Shown in pieces: positions 19,160 to 27,643 of a stretch of 64,000 bases of DNA (position 1 is the first letter of the stretch; every line of letters starts with the position of its first letter). The notes under the pieces were generated by a model. The model searched no databases. It was not told where the DNA came from and saw only the letters and a list, made by a program, of their open reading frames with translations. The position numbers were made by a program, and so were the translations under genes. Source of the DNA: a virus (Duplodnaviria > Heunggongvirae > Uroviricota > Caudoviricetes); the IMG/VR virus record IMGVR_UViG_3300029983_000009, positions 64,001-128,000 of that record; one strand, written 5' to 3'.

Positions 19160-20803
19160 TTACTTGGTATTTAATTTTTCAATAGCTTCATCAACAATAC
19201 TATCTGTTATACCTAATTCATGAGTAGTTTTAACAATATGTTTTTTACTGAACACATCATATAAGTCATGCTTATTATCGTCAATAATTATAAAATTGCT
19301 AACAAATTTGTTGTTCTTCAACCAATCTTTTATATCAGAACCACGTTTTTTTGATTTGTCATTTGGAACAACATCATAAATTTTATATTTAAACCCTGCA
19401 TCTTTCATCATTTTTTCAATCTCACTTAAAGGTTTATCATCTCTATATGAAGATGATAATACAACTTTTGCATCTGTTTTTTCTATTATTTTGTTTAAAT
19501 TGCTCATTGCAGTTTTACTCCATTTTTCTGGATCATTAAAAAATTTATGATAATCAGTATCAGATGTTTTATCATAAGGAATAAGAGGTCCATCAATATC
19601 TTCAAATACAACTTTTATTCCGCCTTCTTTAGTATTATCTTTATCTTTTTCAATAGTTTTTATTATACTGTTAAATGATTCTAATCTTGAATAATTCTCA
19701 TCGTCAGCATCTATTATTATCCAAGGTGATTCTTTTGTATTTGTTTTTTTGAAAATGTCATTTATGTATTTAGTGAACTCATCCCACTTATCTAACGTTT
19801 GCTCATCATTCTTACTAAATTTCCAATATTTCAATGGATTGGATTTTCTTAATTCAAATCTCATTTTTTGAACATCCTGAGATATAGAGAACCATATTTT
19901 TATAAGTATAATATCATCATCAATTAATTTATCCTCAAAGTTATTAACTTCTTTCATGAATTTATTGTATTTATCATCTGTTGAATATTTCATCACTGGT
20001 TCAACGTAACCTCTTGTATACCAAGATCTATCAAAGAAAACAATTTCACCATTTTTTGGTAAAACTTTTTCATATCTTTCAAACCAATTATCACTTTCTT
20101 CTTCTGACGGAATACCAAATGTTTGTACTCTATAATGTTTTGGATCAAGAAACCTAGTAATATTTCTAATTGCAGATCCTTTTCCTGCAGCATCTCTACC
20201 TTCAAATATTATTAATACCTTTTTGTTATTGTATGTAATCCATTCCTGTAATTTTAATAACTCTATTTGATATTTATATTTAGTTTTTTGATATTCATCA
20301 AGAGGAACTTTATTTATTTTTATATCTATCTTATTATAAGGCTCATATGATTTGTCAGTCTCTATTTTGTCATAAAAAAATTCATATGTACTGTCTATAT
20401 ATCGATCTACGTTATCAGCATATGCTTTAAAAACACTATCTACATTCTTTATATTAATATCAAATGAATTGTTAATTGAATATATTTTTAATATATCATT
20501 CGCAAATTTATTTAATCTCATGTGCCTAATTATATCGTTATCAACATTATTTAAAAAATCTTTGAATAAATCCTTAAATTTAATAATTGTTGTTTTATTA
20601 TAATTGTTCAATAGACTTTTCTTATATGATTCTAAATCTTCTTTGATTTGATTTTTATAGAAATCTAAAGTATATTTTTTGTCTATTGATTGTTTTAAAT
20701 TTATAATCAAACTTTTAAAAGAATGTATGAGGTTTTCTAACTCATCTTTACTTCGATGAAAGAAAGCCTCATTTAATTTATTATAATCATCATATCTTAA
20801 CAT
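19160..20803 (-). CDS. ppk2: polyphosphate kinase 2 with N-terminal extension and C-terminal HAD-like domain
   Basis: FEGRDAAGKGS, FDRSWY.R..VEPVM, KIWFSIS, WKFS..D, PWIII.ADD; C-terminal DIDGPL...LSSSYR...IIIDD. Confidence 0.92.
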   Translation of the reverse strand: MLRYDDYNKLNEAFFHRSKDELENLIHSFKSLIINLKQSIDKKYTLDFYKNQIKEDLESYKKSLLNNYNKTTIIKFKDLFKDFLNNVDNDIIRHMRLNKFANDILKIYSINNSFDINIKNVDSVFKAYADNVDRYIDSTYEFFYDKIETDKSYEPYNKIDIKINKVPLDEYQKTKYKYQIELLKLQEWITYNNKKVLIIFEGRDAAGKGSAIRNITRFLDPKHYRVQTFGIPSEEESDNWFERYEKVLPKNGEIVFFDRSWYTRGYVEPVMKYSTDDKYNKFMKEVNNFEDKLIDDDIILIKIWFSISQDVQKMRFELRKSNPLKYWKFSKNDEQTLDKWDEFTKYINDIFKKTNTKESPWIIIDADDENYSRLESFNSIIKTIEKDKDNTKEGGIKVVFEDIDGPLIPYDKTSDTDYHKFFNDPEKWSKTAMSNLNKIIEKTDAKVVLSSSYRDDKPLSEIEKMMKDAGFKYKIYDVVPNDKSKKRGSDIKDWLKNNKFVSNFIIIDDNKHDLYDVFSKKHIVKTTHELGITDSIVDEAIEKLNTK

Positions 20804-20869
20804 ATATAATTGTAGTGTTTTGTTGTTTATATTATATATAAAAAAATAAGATTGTTATTTTATTTATAT

Positions 20870-20901
20870 AAAAAGTCCAAGTAAATTACTTGGACTTTTT
20901 T
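20870..20901. terminator. intrinsic terminator
   Basis: AAAAAGTCCAAGTAA-a-TTACTTGGACTTTTT. Confidence 0.8.
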
Positions 20902-20905
20902 GTTT

Positions 20906-21505
20906 TTATATTTTTATATTTTTTATTCTATAAAAATAAAAATCATGAGGTAGAACAGAGTTAGGAAAATAATATGTTAATGTATCATTTGTGGGAGTAA
21001 TTATTTGTTTGTAAAATCCATTAGGTACATGAGCACCAGATTTAAGTATAATAATTTTACCAGAAAAATCTAAAACTACTTTTACTGTCAATTTTTTATA
21101 AGTTTTAAATAATATAGTTCTTTCATAATTCTCTAAATGTTCCCAAGTTACTCTATTTAATGAATCACGTTGTAACGAACAATTAAGGTATGAAAAAGTT
21201 TCATATAAATGATTTTTTGTATCAGAAAATGTTGCAGCAGGAGCTAAATGTCCTTTATCCCATACGTTATGAACATAATCAGCATTCGTTGATGTGATTA
21301 TACCTGGTACTTCATAAAAATTCATTCCTGCTCTTGATACATTTTTTGATTCATTAGTTATATAGTAAATGACCCAATTAGGCTGTTTATACACTTCATT
21401 ATATGATACTGTATAGATATCATTTTTAACTATAACATTTGTCCTTTGAGAAAAAGATAATATTGATAAAAACAAAAAGACTAATAATATTGATAAGTTT
21501 TTCAT
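20906..21505 (-). CDS. DNA/RNA non-specific endonuclease (NucA/EndA-type) with signal peptide
   Basis: WDKGHLAPA, TFSYLNCSLQ..LNR..WE.LE, VP..FYK; hydrophobic N-terminus from ATG 21505. Confidence 0.9.
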   Translation of the reverse strand: MKNLSILLVFLFLSILSFSQRTNVIVKNDIYTVSYNEVYKQPNWVIYYITNESKNVSRAGMNFYEVPGIITSTNADYVHNVWDKGHLAPAATFSDTKNHLYETFSYLNCSLQRDSLNRVTWEHLENYERTILFKTYKKLTVKVVLDFSGKIIILKSGAHVPNGFYKQIITPTNDTLTYYFPNSVLPHDFYFYRIKNIKI

Positions 21506-21564
21506 GATAATTTTTTTCAAATATATATTAATATATATGGTGTTAAAAAATATAAATATAAATT

Positions 21565-21864
21565 ATGAAATATATAAAAACATTTGAATTCGTTGTTAAA
21601 GATATTGAAATACCTATTGGATATTACGTTATACCTGTTCTTAAAGGTATAAATTATGATATTCAATATAAAACAAAAATAAGTAATAATATTTTTCAAA
21701 TAATAAACAAAAGCAAAACTCAATATAAAATTGATTTTAAAGATTATTATCATGAAGATGGTTTTTGGATTGATAAAAAAGATGTATTTAAATATTCATC
21801 TGTTAAAAAAATATTAGAAGACAAATTGGAATTAATTAAGCAAACAAATAAATTCAATGTATGA
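21565..21864 (+). CDS. cassette protein (array 3), SH3-like
   Basis: MKYIKTFE...IGYYVI...NKFNV. Confidence 0.85.
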   Translation: MKYIKTFEFVVKDIEIPIGYYVIPVLKGINYDIQYKTKISNNIFQIINKSKTQYKIDFKDYYHEDGFWIDKKDVFKYSSVKKILEDKLELIKQTNKFNV

Positions 21865-22238
21865 TAACTAAATTTAAACTATATGAAACAATAAAAAAAT
21901 CGCCAAAAACTAAAAAAATATTAGTTAAAGATTATAAAATAGGAGATTACGTTATTTGTGAAAGTGAATCATTTCCTATGTTAAGTGATTTTACATCATC
22001 TAATGTTGGACAGATAATAGATATTCTAAATATAAGAGAACGTTTTGATAATTATGTTATTCAATATGATTATATTCCAGATAATTTAAAACATTCATTT
22101 CAAATACAATGTCACGATAATGATCCAAATAAAAAATATGAAAATTCAGTAACTGTAACCAGGACAGAAATAAAATTTCTATCTGATAAAAAATCAGATT
22201 TGGAATATTTATCAAATTCAAAAAAATTCAATATATGA
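21861..22238 (+). CDS. cassette protein (array 3), GDYV/SH3-like
   Basis: MITKFKLYE...IGDYVI...KKFNI. Confidence 0.85.
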   Translation: MITKFKLYETIKKSPKTKKILVKDYKIGDYVICESESFPMLSDFTSSNVGQIIDILNIRERFDNYVIQYDYIPDNLKHSFQIQCHDNDPNKKYENSVTVTRTEIKFLSDKKSDLEYLSNSKKFNI

Positions 22239-22582
22239 TAACAAAATTTAAAATATTTGAAATAAAAAATTATACTCCTGAATATTTAAATGATTTAAAA
22301 ATAGGAGATAAAATTATATATGTAGGTCACCAGTCTAACTATTTAAAAGAAGGTGATATATTTATTATAAATTCTATTGTGAAGTATTCAGAAAATAATG
22401 GACATAGATATTATTTAGATGTTGATACAATAGGAAAAGGTGATTTAATTTCAATTAAAACTGAAAATGGATATGTTATTAATGATAAAGATGACGGATC
22501 TGATAAACTTTTTTTTCCAAACAAATTTACTACTCCTGAGATTTATAATATAACTAATGATTCTAAAAAATTCAATTTATAA
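22235..22582 (+). CDS. cassette protein (array 3), SH3-like
   Basis: MITKFKIFE...IGDKII...KKFNL. Confidence 0.85.
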   Translation: MITKFKIFEIKNYTPEYLNDLKIGDKIIYVGHQSNYLKEGDIFIINSIVKYSENNGHRYYLDVDTIGKGDLISIKTENGYVINDKDDGSDKLFFPNKFTTPEIYNITNDSKKFNL

Positions 22583-22583
22583 C

Positions 22584-23123
22584 TCATTTATATAAAATTT
22601 TCTTCATATTATTAGAGTTAACTGATTCTCCATCAAATGCTTCTATTTCCCAAGGTCTTTGATTATAATCAATGTCTGATATATCAATAGATTCATTCAA
22701 CCAATAATAAACTCCTGTTCTACTAATAAATAAAGTTTTATCATAATATTGTTTTAAATGAATCAATTCATGAGATAATATGCGAATATTTTCACTTCTA
22801 TTATAATCACCAATAAATATGTAATATATTCCATTAGAATCAACTATATATGCTTTTAGTTCAATGTCCTCATTATTAATTACTGTTGATTTCAATTCGA
22901 TATTTTTTATTATAACTGTAACGGTATCAATTTTTAGAGATAGTAATCCTGATTCTACTATTGTATCTAAATATGGTTTGTTTGTTAAGTTATATATGTG
23001 ATGATAATTAGTAATTTCAATTTTACTAAATGACTTATCTTTAATAGTTGCAATTTTATAAACTATAAATATTAAAGACAAAACAGCCAAAATTATTAAT
23101 ATTATTTTAATTGTTTTATTCAT
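22584..23123 (-). CDS. membrane-anchored putative zinc metallopeptidase
   Basis: N-terminal TM; HELIH (HExxH) and PWEIEA. Confidence 0.75.
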   Translation of the reverse strand: MNKTIKIILIILAVLSLIFIVYKIATIKDKSFSKIEITNYHHIYNLTNKPYLDTIVESGLLSLKIDTVTVIIKNIELKSTVINNEDIELKAYIVDSNGIYYIFIGDYNRSENIRILSHELIHLKQYYDKTLFISRTGVYYWLNESIDISDIDYNQRPWEIEAFDGESVNSNNMKKILYK

Positions 23124-23647
23124 TTGTGTGTTATTTTTTTTAATGATTCAATTGTTAAATTTATATTACTATTAATCCAACCACATAGCTGATTAGATAT
23201 TTTATTTTCAGTTTCTCTATCCTTTTTTGCCATATTCAACCAAAATGATAATGGCTTTACTATTAAATCATATTTTTTCCCTCCTAACCATAACGAATTT
23301 ATTGTTGCTGAGTATTTATTTGTAGATCTATTTATACCATTTGGATTAACTTCAATATTTTTTATAACATTGAATATTGTATCTGTAGGATCTGATTTTT
23401 TTAATTGAGTTATCATTGCATTATCATCAATAATTTCGTCATTAATTATTCTATTTAGTGAATTTATTGAATCAATTGACTTAGTAACAACTTGTTCTGT
23501 TAATTTTCCTATTGGCAACAATAAATTTTTAAGATTATCTATTATTTTATTTGCTTTTATTCCTGCATTATATCTTGCATTTTCTGGTGTAAATCCATCA
23601 GTTAGTACATTTTCATTAAATCTATCAAAACTTTTTATATTTTTCAT
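23120..23647 (-). CDS. hypothetical protein with CTS-like N-terminus only
   Basis: MKNIKSFDRFNE; TAATATATA upstream. Confidence 0.8.
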   Translation of the reverse strand: MKNIKSFDRFNENVLTDGFTPENARYNAGIKANKIIDNLKNLLLPIGKLTEQVVTKSIDSINSLNRIINDEIIDDNAMITQLKKSDPTDTIFNVIKNIEVNPNGINRSTNKYSATINSLWLGGKKYDLIVKPLSFWLNMAKKDRETENKISNQLCGWINSNINLTIESLKKITHK

Positions 23648-23681
23648 GATACCATATATATTAAAAAAAAGAAATAAAAAT

Positions 23682-24098
23682 ATGATTAAAGTTTATATAG
23701 CTTCACCATATACAAAAGGTGATGTTGCAGTTAATGTAAAAACACAAATGGATACTGCAGATGAATTGATGAATAAAGGATTTGTACCATTTACTCCATT
23801 ATATTCACATTTTCAGCATATGGCTCATCCAAGACCATATGAAGATTGGTTAAAATTGGACTTTGAATGGATTCCAGTGTGTGATTGCATTTTAAGATTA
23901 CCAGGAGATTCAAGTGGAGCAGACAATGAAGTAGAATTTGCTATTACTAATAATATACTAGTGTTCTATTCATTGAATGATTTATGTAAATATTATAATG
24001 GGTTTGAAGATTTAGATGAATCTGAAAAAATTATAAAACATAAAACAAAAAGTGATAGAAATATAGGTCGTCCTTGGAATAGAAATATTCAAATTTGA
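23682..24098 (+). CDS. nucleoside 2-deoxyribosyltransferase-like fold protein (DUF4406/DUF1937-like)
   Basis: VYIASPY, W...D...I..CD..L.LPG.S.GA..E..FA; ATG 23682. Confidence 0.75.
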   Translation: MIKVYIASPYTKGDVAVNVKTQMDTADELMNKGFVPFTPLYSHFQHMAHPRPYEDWLKLDFEWIPVCDCILRLPGDSSGADNEVEFAITNNILVFYSLNDLCKYYNGFEDLDESEKIIKHKTKSDRNIGRPWNRNIQI

Positions 24099-24380
24099 AA
24101 ATATTTTAAAATTTATCTATAAATGTTTGGTAGTTTCAAAAACTTTTTATACTTTTGTACTACAAACAAAACAAAAACATCAAGTAAGAGTACTTGAAAA
24201 TAAAGTTCAAAACTTTAACATTAAATATTTGGTAAAACAAAAAACTTTTTGTAATTTTGCACTACAATATCAAATGAAAAGTGATTGTAAAAAATCATAA
24301 TTTAAAATGATAAAAAAAGTTCAAAACTTTAACATTAAATATTTGGTAAAACAAAAAACTTTTTGTAATTTTGAACTACA

Positions 24381-24628
24381 ATAAAAACAAATCAAATTTC
24401 AGATTGAAAAAAATCTAATGGTATAGAAACCACCTTAAAGCTTGCAAGAGGATGATAGTGCAAATGAACACACTTAGATTAATTAAATTTTGTAATAAAA
24501 AACTCACTATTTTTAAGTAATTTTTTATAGTGAAAAATAAAATACAGAATTTAAAAAGTAAATATAATAAATGAAAATTTATTGTTTCTAATCTGTGAAG
24601 ATAAAAGAACTGAAAATGATTTGATTTT
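24381..24628 (+). ncRNA. candidate structured small RNA, copy I (~250 nt)
   Basis: Starts after promoter 24366; 5' AAATCAAAT/TTTCAG/CAGATT complementary to 3' AATCTG/CTGAAA/ATTTGATTT; holds one pseudoknot module; no ORF. Confidence 0.5.
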
Positions 24629-25079
24629 AAAAAAATCTCTTGTAAAAGTACTTGAGAAAATGTATAAAAAATAACAAAAATATTTGGCAAAACAGAAAAC
24701 TTTTTGTAATTTTGAACTACAATAATTTAAATCAAAAAATCAGATTTAAACAAGAAATATCAGCATTAGTAACTTATCTAATAATATATTTATAAGAAGA
24801 TGTATTAAAAAAGATGAATCTGAAAGTGTGAATGGTGAATTAATGATAAGATTGTAATCTTATACAATAAAAAAACTATCAAAGATAAATATCCGTTGAA
24901 GTAGATATATAAGTTATGTAGAACTTATCTTGTTATAAATGTAAATAGTAACTACACCGTGGAAATACAATATTTGAATTAAATTTGGAATATTATAAAT
25001 CCTAATGTTAGATGATATGTGACTGACTGCTATTACTTTCACTACAAGAACTGACTATTGATTAAATTATAAAAAATGA

Positions 25080-25167
25080 TGAAGATAAGCACACAGGGTG
25101 CAGCACGATTCAAATTGTGCAGAAGGCAAGTGTTACTGACACTGGGTTCAACTCCATCTATCTTCAC
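25080..25167 (+). tRNA. tRNA-Sec-like element (anticodon TCA), atypical
   Basis: 8-bp acceptor TGAAGATA/TATCTTCA, GCAC/GTGC D-arm, GCACG-attcaaat-TGTGC arm (TCA 25110-25112), long variable arm AGTGT/ACACT, GGTTCAACTCC; loop sizes non-canonical, no CCA. Confidence 0.55.
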
Positions 25168-25459
25168 TATGAATATTGATTTCAACACTGAAAAACAAAC
25201 TTCGGTTTTAAGTAAGTTCCACTATTGATATTCATAACCAAAACAAGAGAGTTTTGATTATCTTATAAAATTTGATAATTGTAAAAAAATTAATTTAAAT
25301 CTCTTGAAAAAGAGTAGTTAATTTTAATATGATATTTAAAAAAATTGTTTAATTAAAATTCCTTGAATAAAAAATCAAGTAGGAGTACTTGAAAATAGTT
25401 TGAAACTTTAACATTAAATATTTGGTAAAACAAAAAACTTTTTGTAATTTCACACTATA

Positions 25460-25671
25460 ATAAAAAAGAAAATCACAATTCATATTTAATGGATAATCTA
25501 ATGGTATAAAAACCACCTTGAAGCTTGCAAAAGGAGATAGTGCAAATGAACACTCTTAGATTTATAATAATACATTTCGCAGATTTGTAAAGTTACAAGA
25601 ATAAATATGATTTAAAGTTTATTTTTTCTAATCTGAGAAGATAAAAGAACTTATAAATGATTTTATTTTTT
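25460..25671 (+). ncRNA. candidate structured small RNA, copy II
   Basis: Same module order as copy I (leader, pseudoknot module, TTTTCTAATCTG.GAAGATAAAAGAAC trailer). Confidence 0.45.
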
Positions 25672-25768
25672 AATACTCATTCAAGTAAGAGTACTTGATA
25701 AAAAAAGTTCAAAACTTTAACATTAAATATTTGGTAAAACAAAAAACTTTTTGTAATTTTGAACTACA

Positions 25769-26358
25769 ATAATGAAACAAATCAAATTTCAGATTGAAGC
25801 AATGAAAATATAATGGTACAAAAACCACCTTGAAGCTTGCAAGAGGATGATAGTGCAAATGAACACAACTTATATATTAATTATCTTGCTTATACAATTT
25901 AATATCTAATTAGATAAAAACCACCTTGAAGCTTGCAAAAGGATTAAGTGTAATTGATCATACTTAGATATTAATAATTGAAAAAGTGAAAAATAATCTA
26001 TGATAACCAACTTTATTGATGGTATGAGTAATTATTAATATCATGACAGTAAATGTTGTATAACCAACTAAAAATCTAATGGTACAGAAACCACCTTGAA
26101 GCTTGCAAAAGGAGATAGTGCAAATAAACACACTTAGACATTAATAATTGAAAAAGCAATAAAAATAATCAAAGGCAAAAGCCAACTTGAAGCTTGCAAA
26201 AGTGTATGATTAATATTGCAGAAGTAAATATTGCAGAAGTAATAAAGATTCAAGGATTGATATTACAAAAGTAAATATAATGAACATAATAATGTTTATT
26301 GTTCCACTGAAAAAAGTTCTGTGAAGAACAAAAGGACTGAAATAGATTTGTGTCATTT
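25769..26358 (+). ncRNA. candidate structured RNA, expanded copy III with four pseudoknot modules
   Basis: 5' AATGAAACAAATC..TTTCAG pairs with 3' CTGAAA..GATTTGTGTCATT. Confidence 0.5.
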
Positions 26359-26569
26359 TCAAGTAAAAGTACTTGAAAAACAACAAGAAACAATACATTT
26401 AGATTTATTAGTAAATATAACTATGAAAATGGTTAATTTACAAGTTTAAGAGGTTAGTTCCTTTTATTAGATCTAAATTCTTTTAGTTAAGAAATGATAG
26501 TATAAAAATTTACTATAATCTAAATGTTTGTTTTTTATTTAAAAGCGTTCTTTGTAAAATTGAAAATAT

Positions 26570-27540
26570 TTGGCTGTCTGTAGTCATTAAATAAACTACG
26601 AAAGTAGGATAAAGTGAATATGTAGTTGTTTCTATATATTTGCGACATCAAATGATTTATTATTTAACAGATTATTAGGCTAATAGTTTGACATATAATT
26701 GTTCGTAAATAAACTTACTTCGGTGAGTTTATATAAAACATTCAATTATGTGAATAATAGTTATTAGTTATAAAAATTTGTTAGTAATATTCATTTAGTG
26801 TTCGAGCAGACAATCAGGATATCATTAAACCTTAATTATCGAGGGTAACACTATAGAGAAAGTGGTTTAATGCAAGGGCTATGTGGGTAGTCTAAGTGAG
26901 ATGGGAACATCAATAAGAATAACCTGAAGGATTATTGCAAGAAACACGATTTCCAGTTGTGTAATTGCGTTATCCAATATAAAAGTTGGCTTAAAACCGA
27001 AAGGTAAATAAGATTGTAATCCAATGTACAGGTGGTGCTGTTATTAAGGTTACCCTATCTTTACCAAAGGATATGAGAGTGTCTTAGTTAACTTAAAATA
27101 TGGAGGTAGGGATATCTCAGAGAGTAGTTTAGTATAGCTCCGTTCAAAAGATGGAGAATCTGGTTGTCGAACCACTACTTTCATCATCCACAAAACAAAC
27201 TTTAACTGCAAATTTAATGCAAAATTAAAATAAACAAATAAAGGAAAAGAGTTCGACTGTTGTTGGAGATAGGTGACTACTAGTTATGAGAAGAAATTCG
27301 TTATAGCCGTGAAAGACCCCAAGTCTAACATGATTTTTAAGAAAGTTCTCTAAATCCGCAAGATTTAATCTGGAAGGCATTCTAGATGAGTAATGATTAT
27401 TAAGAGAGTATCTAACAACAAAAGGAGTGGTGAATCTAATTGACCGTCATTGGAGGAGTACCAATTCAAAAGATTGGTGGAAAAGAAGCAGAAAAAATAA
27501 TAGTTTCTAAAGTTCTTCTCTATAATGCTGTATTCTCAAG
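26570..27540 (+). ncRNA. large (~1 kb) structured non-coding RNA, GOLLD/ROOL-class candidate
   Basis: No ORF of 60 aa or more, visibly higher GC, GNRA/UUCG hairpins (26596, 26711, 26996), multi-branch helices, long-range pairings, terminator directly after. Confidence 0.65.
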
Positions 27541-27546
27541 CAATAT

Positions 27547-27589
27547 AAAAAAAATCCTATCTAATTGAAAAATCAGATAGGATTTTTTT
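27547..27589. terminator. bidirectional intrinsic terminator
   Basis: AAAAAAATCCTATCT...AGATAGGATTTTTTT. Confidence 0.85.
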
Positions 27590-27590
27590 G

Positions 27591-27643
27591 TTATAAGCTA
27601 TTTCACTTATAAATACGCATTATAAGCTATTTCACTTATAAAT
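27591..27643. repeat. 24-bp direct repeat
   Basis: TTATAAGCTATTTCACTTATAAAT at 27591-27614 and 27620-27643. Confidence 0.9.

Larger units (their letters stand above)
24126..25761 (+). promoter_or_regulatory. tandem Bacteroidota sigma promoters (TTTG-N20-TAnnTTTG)
   Basis: -7 boxes at 24150, 24252, 24366, 24707, 25754 and a degenerate TAATTTCA at 25445, each with TTTG 20 nt upstream. Confidence 0.85.
24416..26225 (+). repeat. six copies of ACCACCTTGAAGCTTGCAA(A/G)AGG..AGTGCAA module
   Basis: Copies at ~24416, 25499, 25811, 25906, 26076, 26177. Confidence 0.85.
24180..26376. repeat. palindrome TCAAGTA-N4-TACTTGA, five copies
   Basis: 24180-24197, 25375-25392, 25681-25698, 26359-26376 and partial 24641-24655. 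Confidence 0.8.

Noticed and set aside
25772-25813. Mini-ORF MKQIKFQIEAMKI in RNA unit III
   Set aside because: The ATG is not conserved in the paralogous unit I, where the same sequence is instead complementary to the trailer.
24416-26225. CRISPR array interpretation of the six-copy repeat
   Set aside because: Spacing is irregular (tens to ~1000 bp), intervening sequences are partly homologous to each other, promoters are interspersed, the repeat lacks typical CRISPR termini, and no cas genes are present.
26570-27540. rRNA fragment or group I/II intron
   Set aside because: I see no conserved 16S/23S signatures, no group II 5' GTGCG or domain V, and no interrupted flanking gene. An Rfam scan is still needed.
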